Program-made: the position numbers and the translations under genes | The notes under the pieces: model-generated | Database searches by the model: none | What the model was told of the DNA's origin: nothing | Seen by the model: the letters and a program-made list of their open reading frames with translations, nothing else | Shown here: piece after piece, positions 51,671 to 62,304 of the stretch | Layout: each line of letters starts with the position of its first letter | Numbering within the stretch: position 1 is the first letter of the stretch | From: Blepharisma stoltei ATCC 30299 | Lineage: Eukaryota > Protista > Ciliophora | Assembly: GCA_965603825.1 (NCBI GenBank) | Contig: CBFDEM010000018.1 | Coordinates: 806,001-870,000 of the forward strand | DNA length: 64,000 nucleotides | Direction of reading: 5' to 3'

Positions 51671-52441
51671 TGAATTAGATTATAAAATGGGATTTTAAAT
51701 GCATGAAAAAGAAAACTACATAATAAAAATTCGAGTATCAATTTTTGGCTTAAATTATATTTTATAGAGTCAAGGACAGATAATTTATTCTAATAAATAT
51801 ATATTACATGCTTGAACTTTAAATATGGATAAATAAGGTCTATAATAACGCAAAGGTATTTAAAAAACGTTTCGTCAGCTATTAAAAATTTAAAATTGAA
51901 TTTCATGATTGTATATATAAGTATCTTATTTAAAGTAGGACATTTATATCTAAAAATAAATACTAGTTTTAATTTCATTTAATATGATGCTAATTTAGTT
52001 TTTGCATTTCATATATAAAAAGCGAAAATCTTTTATAATAAGGACTCTATTAGTGTGCTGTAAATATAGCAGATAGGCAGATGACAGGCAGTTGCGAGCG
52101 CAAGGAGGATAAAAATACCCATATGCGGCATAACTGGAGCTTCTTAATAAATTAATTTTAATGCTAATGCTAATAATCTCTAAGGTATAACTGCTTCCAA
52201 TTAGGTTTTTTCAGACAAGAAATTAATCTATTCTATTCTTTTCAAGTTTCAATCTCTTTATCAATTGAGATTTAATAGGAAAATGCGCAAGTTATATATC
52301 TAGCCATTATATTAATTTTTATTGTTATAAACTTTATCTCATTTGAAAATTGCTAATATTATATATATCATATCTACTTTTAAAAATGTGCATTTGATAG
52401 ACTATTAAATTATAGAAAAATTTAGCTACGCTATTACAACC

Positions 52442-55400
52442 TTAAATTATACCTTCAAAATTCAAATTACTTGAGTCAATAAAATTCTTGCTTGAGTGCA
52501 TGTTGTCTTCACTTTGGAAATTATTTACCTTAAAATTGTATCTCGTTCTATTATTTGTTTCATCTTCATTTACAGAGCTTTGAGCATACAAATATCTAAC
52601 GGACTTAGAAATCCCAGCATCTTCAGGACTCATTGCAAATAATTGAAACCTAAATAATTTGTGAATATTTTGAGCTTTTTCAGATAGCAAAAGAGAAGGA
52701 AGATACATTTTTTGATAAAAAAGCCCAGCAACTATAATGAAAGTCCACCCTACTCCAAGTAGGATCAATGCAAAAACTTCATCAAGCTTGGCTAATGCGC
52801 AAGAAACCCAAATTAATAGACTGCAAAATAAAAATATAATATATCACAGTGAGGCTCTATCATAATTGAAAGGCTTTTTGAATATTGAAATAGCTATATA
52901 TACTGATAATAAACCTATTCCAAGTCCTAAAAAAGTATCCTCTGATGCTGGATGAACAATAGTATATATCGCAATTAAAACCATTTGCACAAAGCTTTTT
53001 AATACGCAATGGAATATTGACTCTTGAAAATGAAAAGGATGATCATCTTTCCAGGTTGATCTAAAGTACAAACTTGTTGGCATATATAAACAAACAGCTA
53101 TTGAAGAGGCGATTACATAGCTAATATGCTCTCCTTGCCAGCAAAAAGTTGAGCAAGCATGATTATTGAAACTGTCTTTAAAATTGTTTCCAATACTGCT
53201 AGTGCATTGATATGTTTGAAAAAGAGTCAAGCATATAGGAAGAAATAGTGCATCTCCAACTAGAGGCAAAAAGTATAGATTGAATTCATTGATCGTCATA
53301 ATTATAAAGTTTCTTGATTTTTGAACTATTCTTAATTTGCTCCATAACTGAAAAATAATTCATAAAAACGAGAGTGCTTCGAATAGCTGGACTTGATTTC
53401 AAAATGTGAACTTATCTTGCTTGTTTCAACCTCTGATGTCAAGGACTGAAAGCTTAGTTACGTTAGATCACTTAGGGAAAAAATTTGTAAAATCAGGTCC
53501 TATCTGCATGTACTGTAAACTTTCAATTAACATAAGCAGGTATGAAAGAATATCATATAAATTCTCTTTTTCTGGAGATGTTAGTTTCTGTAGCTTTGGC
53601 TCAAAAATATAATAGTAAAACCTTATCAATGCACCAACTCCAAATATGAAGGGAATAATTTCTATAATTATCAATAGAATATATCCATAAAAAAATGATT
53701 GAACATCGATACTTCTGAATGGGCATTCTTGACCATCTCCAATAATGTCATTAGGAACTTCACCATCAGTTACTCAAGAAATAGTTTTTGACATCTGAAG
53801 TACAATAAGTTGGCTTGGATCATAGCGTCCACATTGATTAATTGTCCAGGTCGAGTTAATTTCTATTAAATTGTGGATTCCAAGATTTGTCGTTAATCTG
53901 TCACTATCATCTTGACTTATCCTCACTATTCCAGAGCAGCCAGTAAATTTGATGTCTCTAATTATTTTAACGATTGTAGAGCTATTAACATTAACTCCTT
54001 CATGTAATAAATAGTCAATTGCATAAATTCCAAGATACGCGGCATCATAGAATAAGCACATATAGTCATACGCAAAGCCATATAATGATAAAAACTCATT
54101 TTCAATAGCTAAGCCAGCTTGGTTTTGAAATGCTGGAAAGCTTATATAAATGAGATTATTCATGATTTCTGCTCTTTTTTTATATGAATTAGAGCCAATT
54201 CTTTGTTCATCTAAGTCTGATAAACTTATCATTCCATCTCCAACGATCAAATAAATATCACCTTTTCTCATCCCTAAATCATAAAATGATTCTATCACAT
54301 ATAAAATATCTGGCTGATAAATTTCTAATACAACATATCTGCTTTTGGTTTTGATAACTTCTTTTATAATATTGCTATTAGAGCCATTAAATCCTAAGGG
54401 AACTGCCCTATTTTTGTTCAAAATTTGTATATTGTATGATTTTGTCTGATTTTCAAATTGATATTCAAAGTCTCTCCCTCATATCGAATCAGAGTATAGG
54501 AAAGAGCATTTTGAGATGCCAAAAATGCTTAATATTAGGGCAGCAGCAGATGCTGTGTGTGAATTTGGATAAGATACTCTAATATATTGAGGATAATACT
54601 TAAGATCATTCATAGTAGTTGATGTCTCTACTCCTAATACTGGAGTTGATAGATTTAGAGCTTTCAATATTTCAATCATTCCAAGAGCCATAGATGTCTC
54701 TATTGCTGATATATGAAAATATCCGAACTCAGAGATATGATTTGCAAAGCATTCGTATGAAGAGTTATAGACAAAATTACTACTTCCACAGTCAGAAATA
54801 TTATTAGTAACTATATCAAAATTTTCCAGCTTTAATTTCTCTGTTTTGATGATATTAATTGCATAAGCAGCTCCTAACTGATTCATGGCATTTCTTCCAT
54901 CATCTGTAGATGATGCTCCATTTATGCTGAAAGCGATCTGTAAATTATCATTATTTGGAAGATTATAAGTTCCTCCAGGAAACATAACAGGGGAATATAT
55001 ATTGAGTCCATCTCCATTGATCTTCCCTACAGCTGTTAAGTTTCCTTCACTTTGGGCATTTCAAATTGTGAATCCTTGAGCTTCAAAAGTGAACAATTGC
55101 CCTATGAATTTATCCAGTGTATATGGAGAGTAAGATCCTTGTATTTCGTTAGTAGTGATCATTTCGTATATCCCTACAGAAGTCCAATAGATAGCATTAC
55201 TTGTAAATTCAAGAATTCCCCTACTATGATATCAGCGCGCTTCCAATGTAATCGCTCCTTCTAAAGATGCGCCTCAAGAAGCCTCTTGCATAAATAGATA
55301 TGTATAGCCTTCTTTATACATATCTGCCTCTACCAAAGCTTTCTGAATCAATTCAGAGACGCGCGTGCTTGTTTCAAAGAAAATCCATTTTATTCCTAAT

Positions 55401-55969
55401 GGTTTGATTTCTTTTGCTAATAGCTGCAAAATATATTCGTATGGAGCCGAATGTATAATTACGTATTGAGCTACAATTTCAACGCCTTCATTATTAGTAA
55501 AGTCCATCCCGGGAAAATCGCTAGTTATTATAGCCACTGCTTTTTGAATATTGTATTTTTTCGCTATAGATAAAGCTGCTTTTCTATAAGTTGAAAAGGG
55601 ATAATCTGTATAGTAAACATATTCTGGAGTATTTTCTGGAGCATTTCCATAAACAACTTGAATAAATCCATAAGCCCTTGCGTAATAATTTATGAAAGAA
55701 GTCATACTGAGAGATTGGGTTCCATCGAAAACAAAAATATATCCAGAGTTTTCAAAAATGCTTTCAAAATCTGAAAAATCATTGATTTCTATCGCTACAT
55801 ATTGAAATGGAGAGTCTGAACTGCAGGCTGCTTCAGTGCCTGCTGAACATGCTATATTGGTCTTAATATAGTCAACAGCCCATGAAGGGGTATATCGACT
55901 ATATAAAATAGGAATCGTAACAAACTGGCTTGCAGAAAGCCAACAAAGTATCGAAAGAAAAGCTATCAT
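52442..55969 (-). CDS. Tandem Venus-flytrap multi-TM receptor-like protein, copy D (~1175 aa)
   Basis: ATG at 55969 (MIAFLSILCWLSASQ). Single frame with TGA=Trp. Close paralog of copy C. Confidence 0.85.
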
Positions 55970-56499
55970 CGTTATTTGATTATAAAATGGGATTTTAAAC
56001 AAAAGAAAAAAAAAAGGCTTTCATATTAAAATTTTGGTTTAAAATTTGTGCTAAGTTATTTTTTAACAAGTAAAACACAAAAGAATTATCCTGATTAAAT
56101 TATATTTTAAGATATGAACTTTAAATATGGAGAATAAGAATAAAAATAACGCTAAAGTCTTTCGGCAATATTTAGTCAACTCTATATAAATATGCAAAAA
56201 TGTTGATTTAATGATTGAGCATCAGGTTTAAAAATAAATAAATCCCACCTTTAAATTATTGCTTAGTGCTCCCTCAATTAATTTATTAATTAAATGTTCT
56301 TAAATAATAGATAAGGAATTGCCAATCCTAAGAATTGACTTAAAGTATAAAAATAATTTTTTTCATATGTCTTTCGCAATTTTATGATTACACTTTTACT
56401 AAATTTTATAATCAAGACATTTAATGGAAAAGTCAAAAACACAGCAGTTAATAAGTTCAAATGCCTGGTTTTTCAAGATTGGCTCATAGCAGCCTAAAG

Positions 56500-57030
56500 A
56501 TACTTCAAACCTTAACATCTAGATCAAAGTAACTTTATTTGTCGAAGATATTGGCTTACAAGATTAAATCCTATATACTCATGTATATAGAAAAGAAATT
56601 TCTAGTGATTTATTTTTAAACTCCATCTTATTTTTTGGACGGAATTCCGTCTTTTTGTTACCAAAATGTTTCTCTTTTGCAAAAAAAATACTTCTTTATA
56701 TAAAGTATCCCAGATTTATATTTCCAATCTTAAGACCTGTTGGCATTGGATTTTTCTCTTCTTTTCTACAGGATTAAACCAATTCCTAAATTTATTTAGC
56801 AATGAATCATTTCTCGCATTTTCTTTCAATTCTTTTTCTTTTCTTGAAATTCATTTATAAATGTTTTAAAGGGTTTTCTTCTGTTTTGCTCTTAATTTGA
56901 GCATTTTATCAAGAAATCTTTTTCTGAATTTAGCATCTATTCTTTCTGTGGCTAATCTATTACATCATGACTGCCTCTGCAAGTAATTCTTTTCCTTTTA
57001 ACCATTAAGAAATTATTTTTTAAGCTCCAT
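56500..57030 (-). pseudogene. Decayed coding fragment, possibly GPR89/GPHR (Golgi pH regulator)-like
   Basis: One long frame with scattered TAA: KRFLDKMLKLRAKQKKTL*..SLLNKFRNWFNP..LRLEI*IWDTLYKEVFF, then after a frameshift RNFFSIY..ANIFD. This recalls the GPR89 cytosolic loop and FFSIY motif. Confidence 0.35.
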
Positions 57031-57227
57031 ATATAATTTTAAATGGAGCCGATATAAAATATCTATGATTTTATGCATGAGACTTATTTTCTAGAGCAAA
57101 ATAGCGTTATATTTCATACTTCTGTTGATTTTAGCTGCGATATTAAAAAGTATTATACTTTTGAAGCTGCATAATCTCATTCTTGCAGAAGCTGTTTAAA
57201 TCCTAATTACGAGGCAAGAAGGAAAAA

Positions 57228-57790
57228 TGGAACGAAAGAGGATCAGAAGCGAAATTTCTGCCTTGAAAATCAATCAAGGATATGCAATACCTAAGAGCTT
57301 TTATTAAAATGGAATCTAATAAAGATAGTTTATTTTGGAATGAACAGCATTTAGAGGAGGTGATGATTCTTCAAAAGATGGGTATAAAGATGTTAATTAA
57401 AAATAATGAAGAAATCTAAGCAGAAATTGAAGCAGAAATCGAAGCAGAATTAGATCCAGAAGTGTTTTAGTAATTGATGCAGAAAATTGGAACAGAAATT
57501 GAAGTACAATTGACAGAAATTGAGGAGATATAGAAGTTGAAACTCAAGTTGAAGGAAGGGTTGGAAAAATCAGAAAGAAGCAAAGACGATGCTTAGCGAG
57601 AAGTATAGATCTAGCTGTGAAATATTATAAAGAGGTGTTCAAACCCAGAGCGAAAATCAAAAAAATCGAGGAGAGGAGAAAATAGCTCAGGCAAGCATGT
57701 CAAGGGGTGGCTAAGAAGTTTATAAGGACTTCTGGAGAGTTAAGAGTTCTGAATAAAATTGATTGATTATTATGGGCAAAGCTGATCTAT
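57228..57790 (+). pseudogene. Decayed coding fragment with HSA-like (SWR1/Domino-type) helix and 12-nt acidic repeats
   Basis: Purine-rich frames with stops and frameshifts. Reconstruction: RRCLARSIDLAVKYYKE...IEERRK*LRQACQGVAK/EVYKDFWRV/LNKI. GCAGAAATTGAA-type repeats at ~57420-57450. Confidence 0.4.
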
Positions 57791-58479
57791 TTCGCGGCTA
57801 TAAGCGCAAGCCACTTTGATAAATAATTCACAACAATGGCTTGGTTTTAAATTATGCATATTGATTCTATTAAATATTTATAACGGCACAGATCACTACG
57901 AATAGGTTGCACTCTTTGTCTTTTATCAAACTGAGTAGAGAATTTCAAGGGTATTATATTTTGCAATTTACATAATAAAAGACGCTTTTTTAGAACTCGA
58001 ATTAAGGAATCTTTAATTAATCCTTTATAGATGCCATAAAGATATAGAAACTCAGTAGCAAATCCAATATAAAATAAGTACTTTTCAATATTTATATAAA
58101 GTAAGCAGCCTTTAAGCTAAAAAACTCATATAAAATAGTTATAAACATTAATCAAATTCGAAACATTCTATCTTTCTAAATTAAAAAGAGTCTGCATCAA
58201 TCACTTATTACGTTTATTTATTGAGTAAATAAACATTTATCTTTCTTATTTATATTTTCTTTATGATTGCTAAAATGCATACAATTTAGTCTTTTTGATG
58301 TCCAAAACAGACAAACATAAATAAGCACACCTTCACTTTCACGCATTTTCTTTATGAATAAAATTGATTTCTTTTCAATTCTCTCTGCAATCATTTCATC
58401 TAAACTCAATGAATCTTCATACCTATAATTGTAAATAGCTTAACTTACCTTTTCCACTATGAAGCATTGTGGAATAAAT

Positions 58480-59934
58480 ATGAAGTGGGTCTTTTTGGTA
58501 GCCCTTTCGATAACTTTGTGCTCAGCAATGCCAAGGTTTCCCCGCATTCAGTACAAGATGCCTGAACAATTACCACCAAATTACGTCCAAAGTTGGTTCA
58601 CAAGCTTTGTTGACCACTTTGGTTCAGGGATAGAGACATTCCAAATGCGATATTTTAGCAAGAATACCTATTGGACTAACAACACTCAAGCTCCAGGCCC
58701 AATTTTCTTTTACTGTGGAAATGAAGGAGCTATTGAAATGTTCATTGAGAACTCTGGCTGGATTGACCAACTTGCTTCTCAGATGGGTGCTGCAGTTGTC
58801 TATGCAGAGCATAGATACTTTGGACAGTCAATGCCTTTTGGAAATAGGTCATTTACCAGTCCACAAAACCTCAAGTATTTGTCTCCTCACCAAGCATTGG
58901 GCGACTATGCCTATCTATTGCAAAACCTTAAAATCATGTATTACGATGCACCAGTTATTGCTTGGGGTGGAAGTTATGGTGGGATGCTTGCTGCTTGGTT
59001 TCGTATGAAGTACCCTAACCTTGTTGTGGGAGCAATTGCTTCATCTGCTCCTATTTTCCATTTCATGGGAAGTGTGAACCCAGAAGAATTCAATGAAATT
59101 GTGACTAATGACTATGCGATGGTCGACACAAACTGTGTCCCTTACATTAAAACTGCTCATGACATCTTAGGAGTTTGGACCAGAAACAGTACCTTATGGT
59201 GGCAGCTACAGGAGATTTTCAATACTTGCACAGAAGTTATTACTTATAGCACTGCCAGCAATATTATCAATTGGATCGACAACGCTTTAACTTATATGGC
59301 GATGACTGATTATCCTTATGAAACCAACTTTTTGGAGCCAATGCCTGCAAACCCAGTAAACGTAGCTTGCAGCAAGTTCAATAATCTTGCTGATGATGCA
59401 ACTGATGCAGAAATATTAGCAGCAATCAGAGACGCTGTCAATGTTTACTATAACTCTACAGGAAATAATACCTGCAATCTGGTGGACCAACAATATGATA
59501 ATGGCCTTGGCGACAACGGCTGGGATTATTTAAGCTGCTCTACCTTAGTAATGCCTATCGGCAGCGATGGTGTACATGATATGTTCCTCCCTCAGCCTTT
59601 CAGCATTTCTGCAATTGACTCATATTGTTTACAGACCTGGGGAGTTGCTCCAGTCACTGATTATGCCAAAATTTTCTATGGATCAAGCACCAATCCACTT
59701 GGACCACTCAGATATGCGTCAAACATTTTATTCCCTAATGGAAGTCTGGATCCATGGCAGTCTGGAGGTGTTCTTGAATCAATCCATGCTAACAGCGTCA
59801 TTGGCTTTATAATGCAAGGGGCTGCACATCACTTGGACTTAAGAACTCCAAACCCTAGTGATCCAGAAGATGTGGTTACAGCAAGAAACACTGAAAAGCA
59901 ACTCATCAAATACTGGCTTGCGACCGCGAAATAA
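58480..59934 (+). CDS. PRCP: Lysosomal Pro-X carboxypeptidase (serine peptidase S28)
   Basis: Signal peptide; PIFFYCGNEG, AEHRYFGQS, GGSYGGML, ASSAPI, NGSLDPW, AHHLDLR. An alternative ATG lies at 58459. Confidence 0.93.
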   Translation: MKWVFLVALSITLCSAMPRFPRIQYKMPEQLPPNYVQSWFTSFVDHFGSGIETFQMRYFSKNTYWTNNTQAPGPIFFYCGNEGAIEMFIENSGWIDQLASQMGAAVVYAEHRYFGQSMPFGNRSFTSPQNLKYLSPHQALGDYAYLLQNLKIMYYDAPVIAWGGSYGGMLAAWFRMKYPNLVVGAIASSAPIFHFMGSVNPEEFNEIVTNDYAMVDTNCVPYIKTAHDILGVWTRNSTLWWQLQEIFNTCTEVITYSTASNIINWIDNALTYMAMTDYPYETNFLEPMPANPVNVACSKFNNLADDATDAEILAAIRDAVNVYYNSTGNNTCNLVDQQYDNGLGDNGWDYLSCSTLVMPIGSDGVHDMFLPQPFSISAIDSYCLQTWGVAPVTDYAKIFYGSSTNPLGPLRYASNILFPNGSLDPWQSGGVLESIHANSVIGFIMQGAAHHLDLRTPNPSDPEDVVTARNTEKQLIKYWLATAK

Positions 59935-59986
59935 TAGATAATCAATTTCTAGATAATCTCCATTTTAATATTGTAGCACTAATCTC

Positions 59987-60691
59987 ATGCCAAATAATTT
60001 CGAGATAATAGGTTTCAGCTCAAGCTGAGCAGGGAAGTATATAAAATGATCTAAAAAGCTCTACCTCTGGAAGATTCGGCTTGGAATAGAAGTTCACATC
60101 CTTCAATTCTATGAAAGCAGAGTTTCGGGACGCAGACGTGCGTTTTTAAATGGGAAATTGGATATTTCAGCACGCAAAACTAGTCAGCTTGGACAATATC
60201 CATTACGAATAAGAAGTCATATGATTCTTATATTTGAGAGAAAAGACCATAGCTTTGATTTAAAATTTTTTGATGACTACTTTGGAGCTCTAAAAATTAT
60301 CCCATTGCCTGAAAGCGATTTATTTATAAGCAAAGCCAGTAAGTGTAGTATCCAGGAGAGCAAGAAACTTTTTATGAGAAGTATTTCTGGATTTGGGGAT
60401 GTTTCTCCATATGTGATGACTGATGATACATTAGAAAAAGAAAGCTATTTCAGTCAGAGCCACAACTTCAACTCTTATAGAGACAAAGTTGATGCTCTTT
60501 CGTTTGTGAATAAACCAAAAAGTCCTTTTAAAAAAGGAATGAAAGAAATAAATGATAATGATTTCATGGGCTTTATAAGGGGATGCGAAGCAATGAGTAG
60601 TGTAAGTAAACTTGAAAATGGAGAAAGGAGACTTCCAAGAGAAGCGTGCTCTATTCAGCGATCCAAGACCCCAACTCCATCCAGAAGATAG
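59987..60691 (+). CDS. FAIM1-like beta-sandwich domain protein, 234 aa
   Basis: ATG at 59987 is in frame with track ORF 60158 across two TGAs. LWKIRLGIEVHILQFYESRVSGRRRAFLNGK resembles the FAIM W..L...H.I.....SGKR...DG motif. Ends in TAG. Confidence 0.6.
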
Positions 60692-60870
60692 CAGTAAGAT
60701 AGTGTTGCTGTTTGCTATAGCAAACTTTTGAATAATTTGATGATTAATAATCACTTATATACTTGCATTTTTTAAAAAAATTAGAAGATCTATGTTTAAT
60801 TTAAGAGAAAATCATAAAGTTATAATTTATGTATTGCTATAAACACTTATTTAAAGCACATTTAGATACT

Positions 60871-62007
60871 TTAATCATCAGTGCCTATCAATTCTTTTTC
60901 AGTGGGTTTGGCCCTTCAAGTTCTTTCCAGATCCTTTTTTAGTTGATCTATTTTTCCTTGCTGCTCCTGAATAATTGCTCTTAATTCTTTTATTAATTCT
61001 TCCTCTTCTTTACTGCCACTTAGCCTTACGTTATGGGTCAATTTTGCTTCATCATTTTCTTCGTTGATAGTTTTCTCCATTTCCCTAAGACTTTTGGCTT
61101 TTTCGCCCATAGTCTCAATTTCCCTATTGATATCCTGAATTTCTTTTTCGCAGTTTCTGTTATCCTCTTGCACATTTTTTAATTGCCTATTAACAACATC
61201 AAGTTCTGCATTTAATTTTTCTATTTTTTCTCTTTTCTTTCTCTGTTGGCTGTTTTCATCAGACGGTGGAGCTCTTTTTTCATCAAGGATCCTCAGCAAC
61301 CTTACATTTTCGTCTTGTTTTTCTGCCAACAAATTTCTCATCTCACCTAACCCTCCTTTCTCTTTCAAATACTGCCGAGCTTTATTTAACTCTTCTTGAA
61401 CTTCTAAATAAACTTTGTCCAATTTACTGCTTTCCAGCTCTGCTTGCTCTATTTCCTTCTCTAAACTTTGATACTTTTCTAAAATTTCGTTTCTTTCTTC
61501 CTGAATGCTCTCAATTATCTTCAAATTCTCTTGAACTCTTATTTCTGAGTCCCTTTCTGTCTGGACCAGTTTTTCTTCGAGAATTTGCTTTTCCTTTAAA
61601 TTGGAAGCCTTTTCAACGAGTTCTTTGTTCAATATAGACTGCTGCTTGAATTTCTCTTGTATGGCTCGGTTGATTTCTTGGTTAAAAGAATCAGATATTT
61701 GACTCTCCTTTGCTTTTTTATAACAATTGTTGCACATCCTCTGTGGATCTGGAAACTCAGGATGGTTGACTTTTTGTGGAGAACAGCCTGAGCAGACTCC
61801 TCGGTAGCAAAATCTGCACACATGCCTCTTCTCGTGCAAAATCCCGATTCCCATTCCGAATTTCTTTTTGCAAATAATGCAGCACTTGTCTTTTTTGTAT
61901 CTCTCTCGGTCGTCTGGCAAATCTATGCGAGTGTCTATAATAGACATTCTCATATCCAGAAAAGAACCTGAAGTGCTCATACTGTCTATGTCGATATCTT
62001 CATCCAT
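60871..62007 (-). CDS. FYVE-like zinc finger plus coiled-coil protein, ~378 aa
   Basis: ATG at 62007. C..CKKKF...KRHVCRFC...VC..CS...RMC..C, followed by a long coiled coil. The TGA at 60916 reads through to TAA 60871-60873. Confidence 0.85.
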
Positions 62008-62304
62008 ATTTCTAATTAAATCTCTAAGTTTGAATCGAAATAAATAAGTAAGAATCAATAATATTCTACCTCCTTTAATTAATGTGGTTATGGCGACGAC
62101 TATATTTATTTTTATTTTATTATGCACATTTTTATAAGTTAAAATCTAAGCTAGAATTTATAAGAAACTTATATGAATTATTATAATTTTATTTTTATCA
62201 GTAAGACTCAAAGGATTCGTAAATATTTAGCTTATCTTTAAATCAACTATATAGTTTTCATGTATTGTTCATAAAATCTTAATATTTTATCATCCAATAT
62301 AGTA

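Noticed and set aside
39503-55969. Receptor array as a cluster of pseudogenes or many small genes
   Set aside because: All fragments of each copy share one frame, every break is a TGA, and TGA/TGG interchange between paralogs. The genes are intact.
56666-56860. Plus-strand 64-aa Phe-rich ORF
   Set aside because: It is the antisense shadow of the K/E-rich minus-strand relic.
47461-58409. Short spacer ORFs 47461-47658, 51790-51978 and 58218-58409
   Set aside because: AT-rich, mostly non-ATG starts and no motifs. The homologous flank of copy A does not preserve the 47461 frame.
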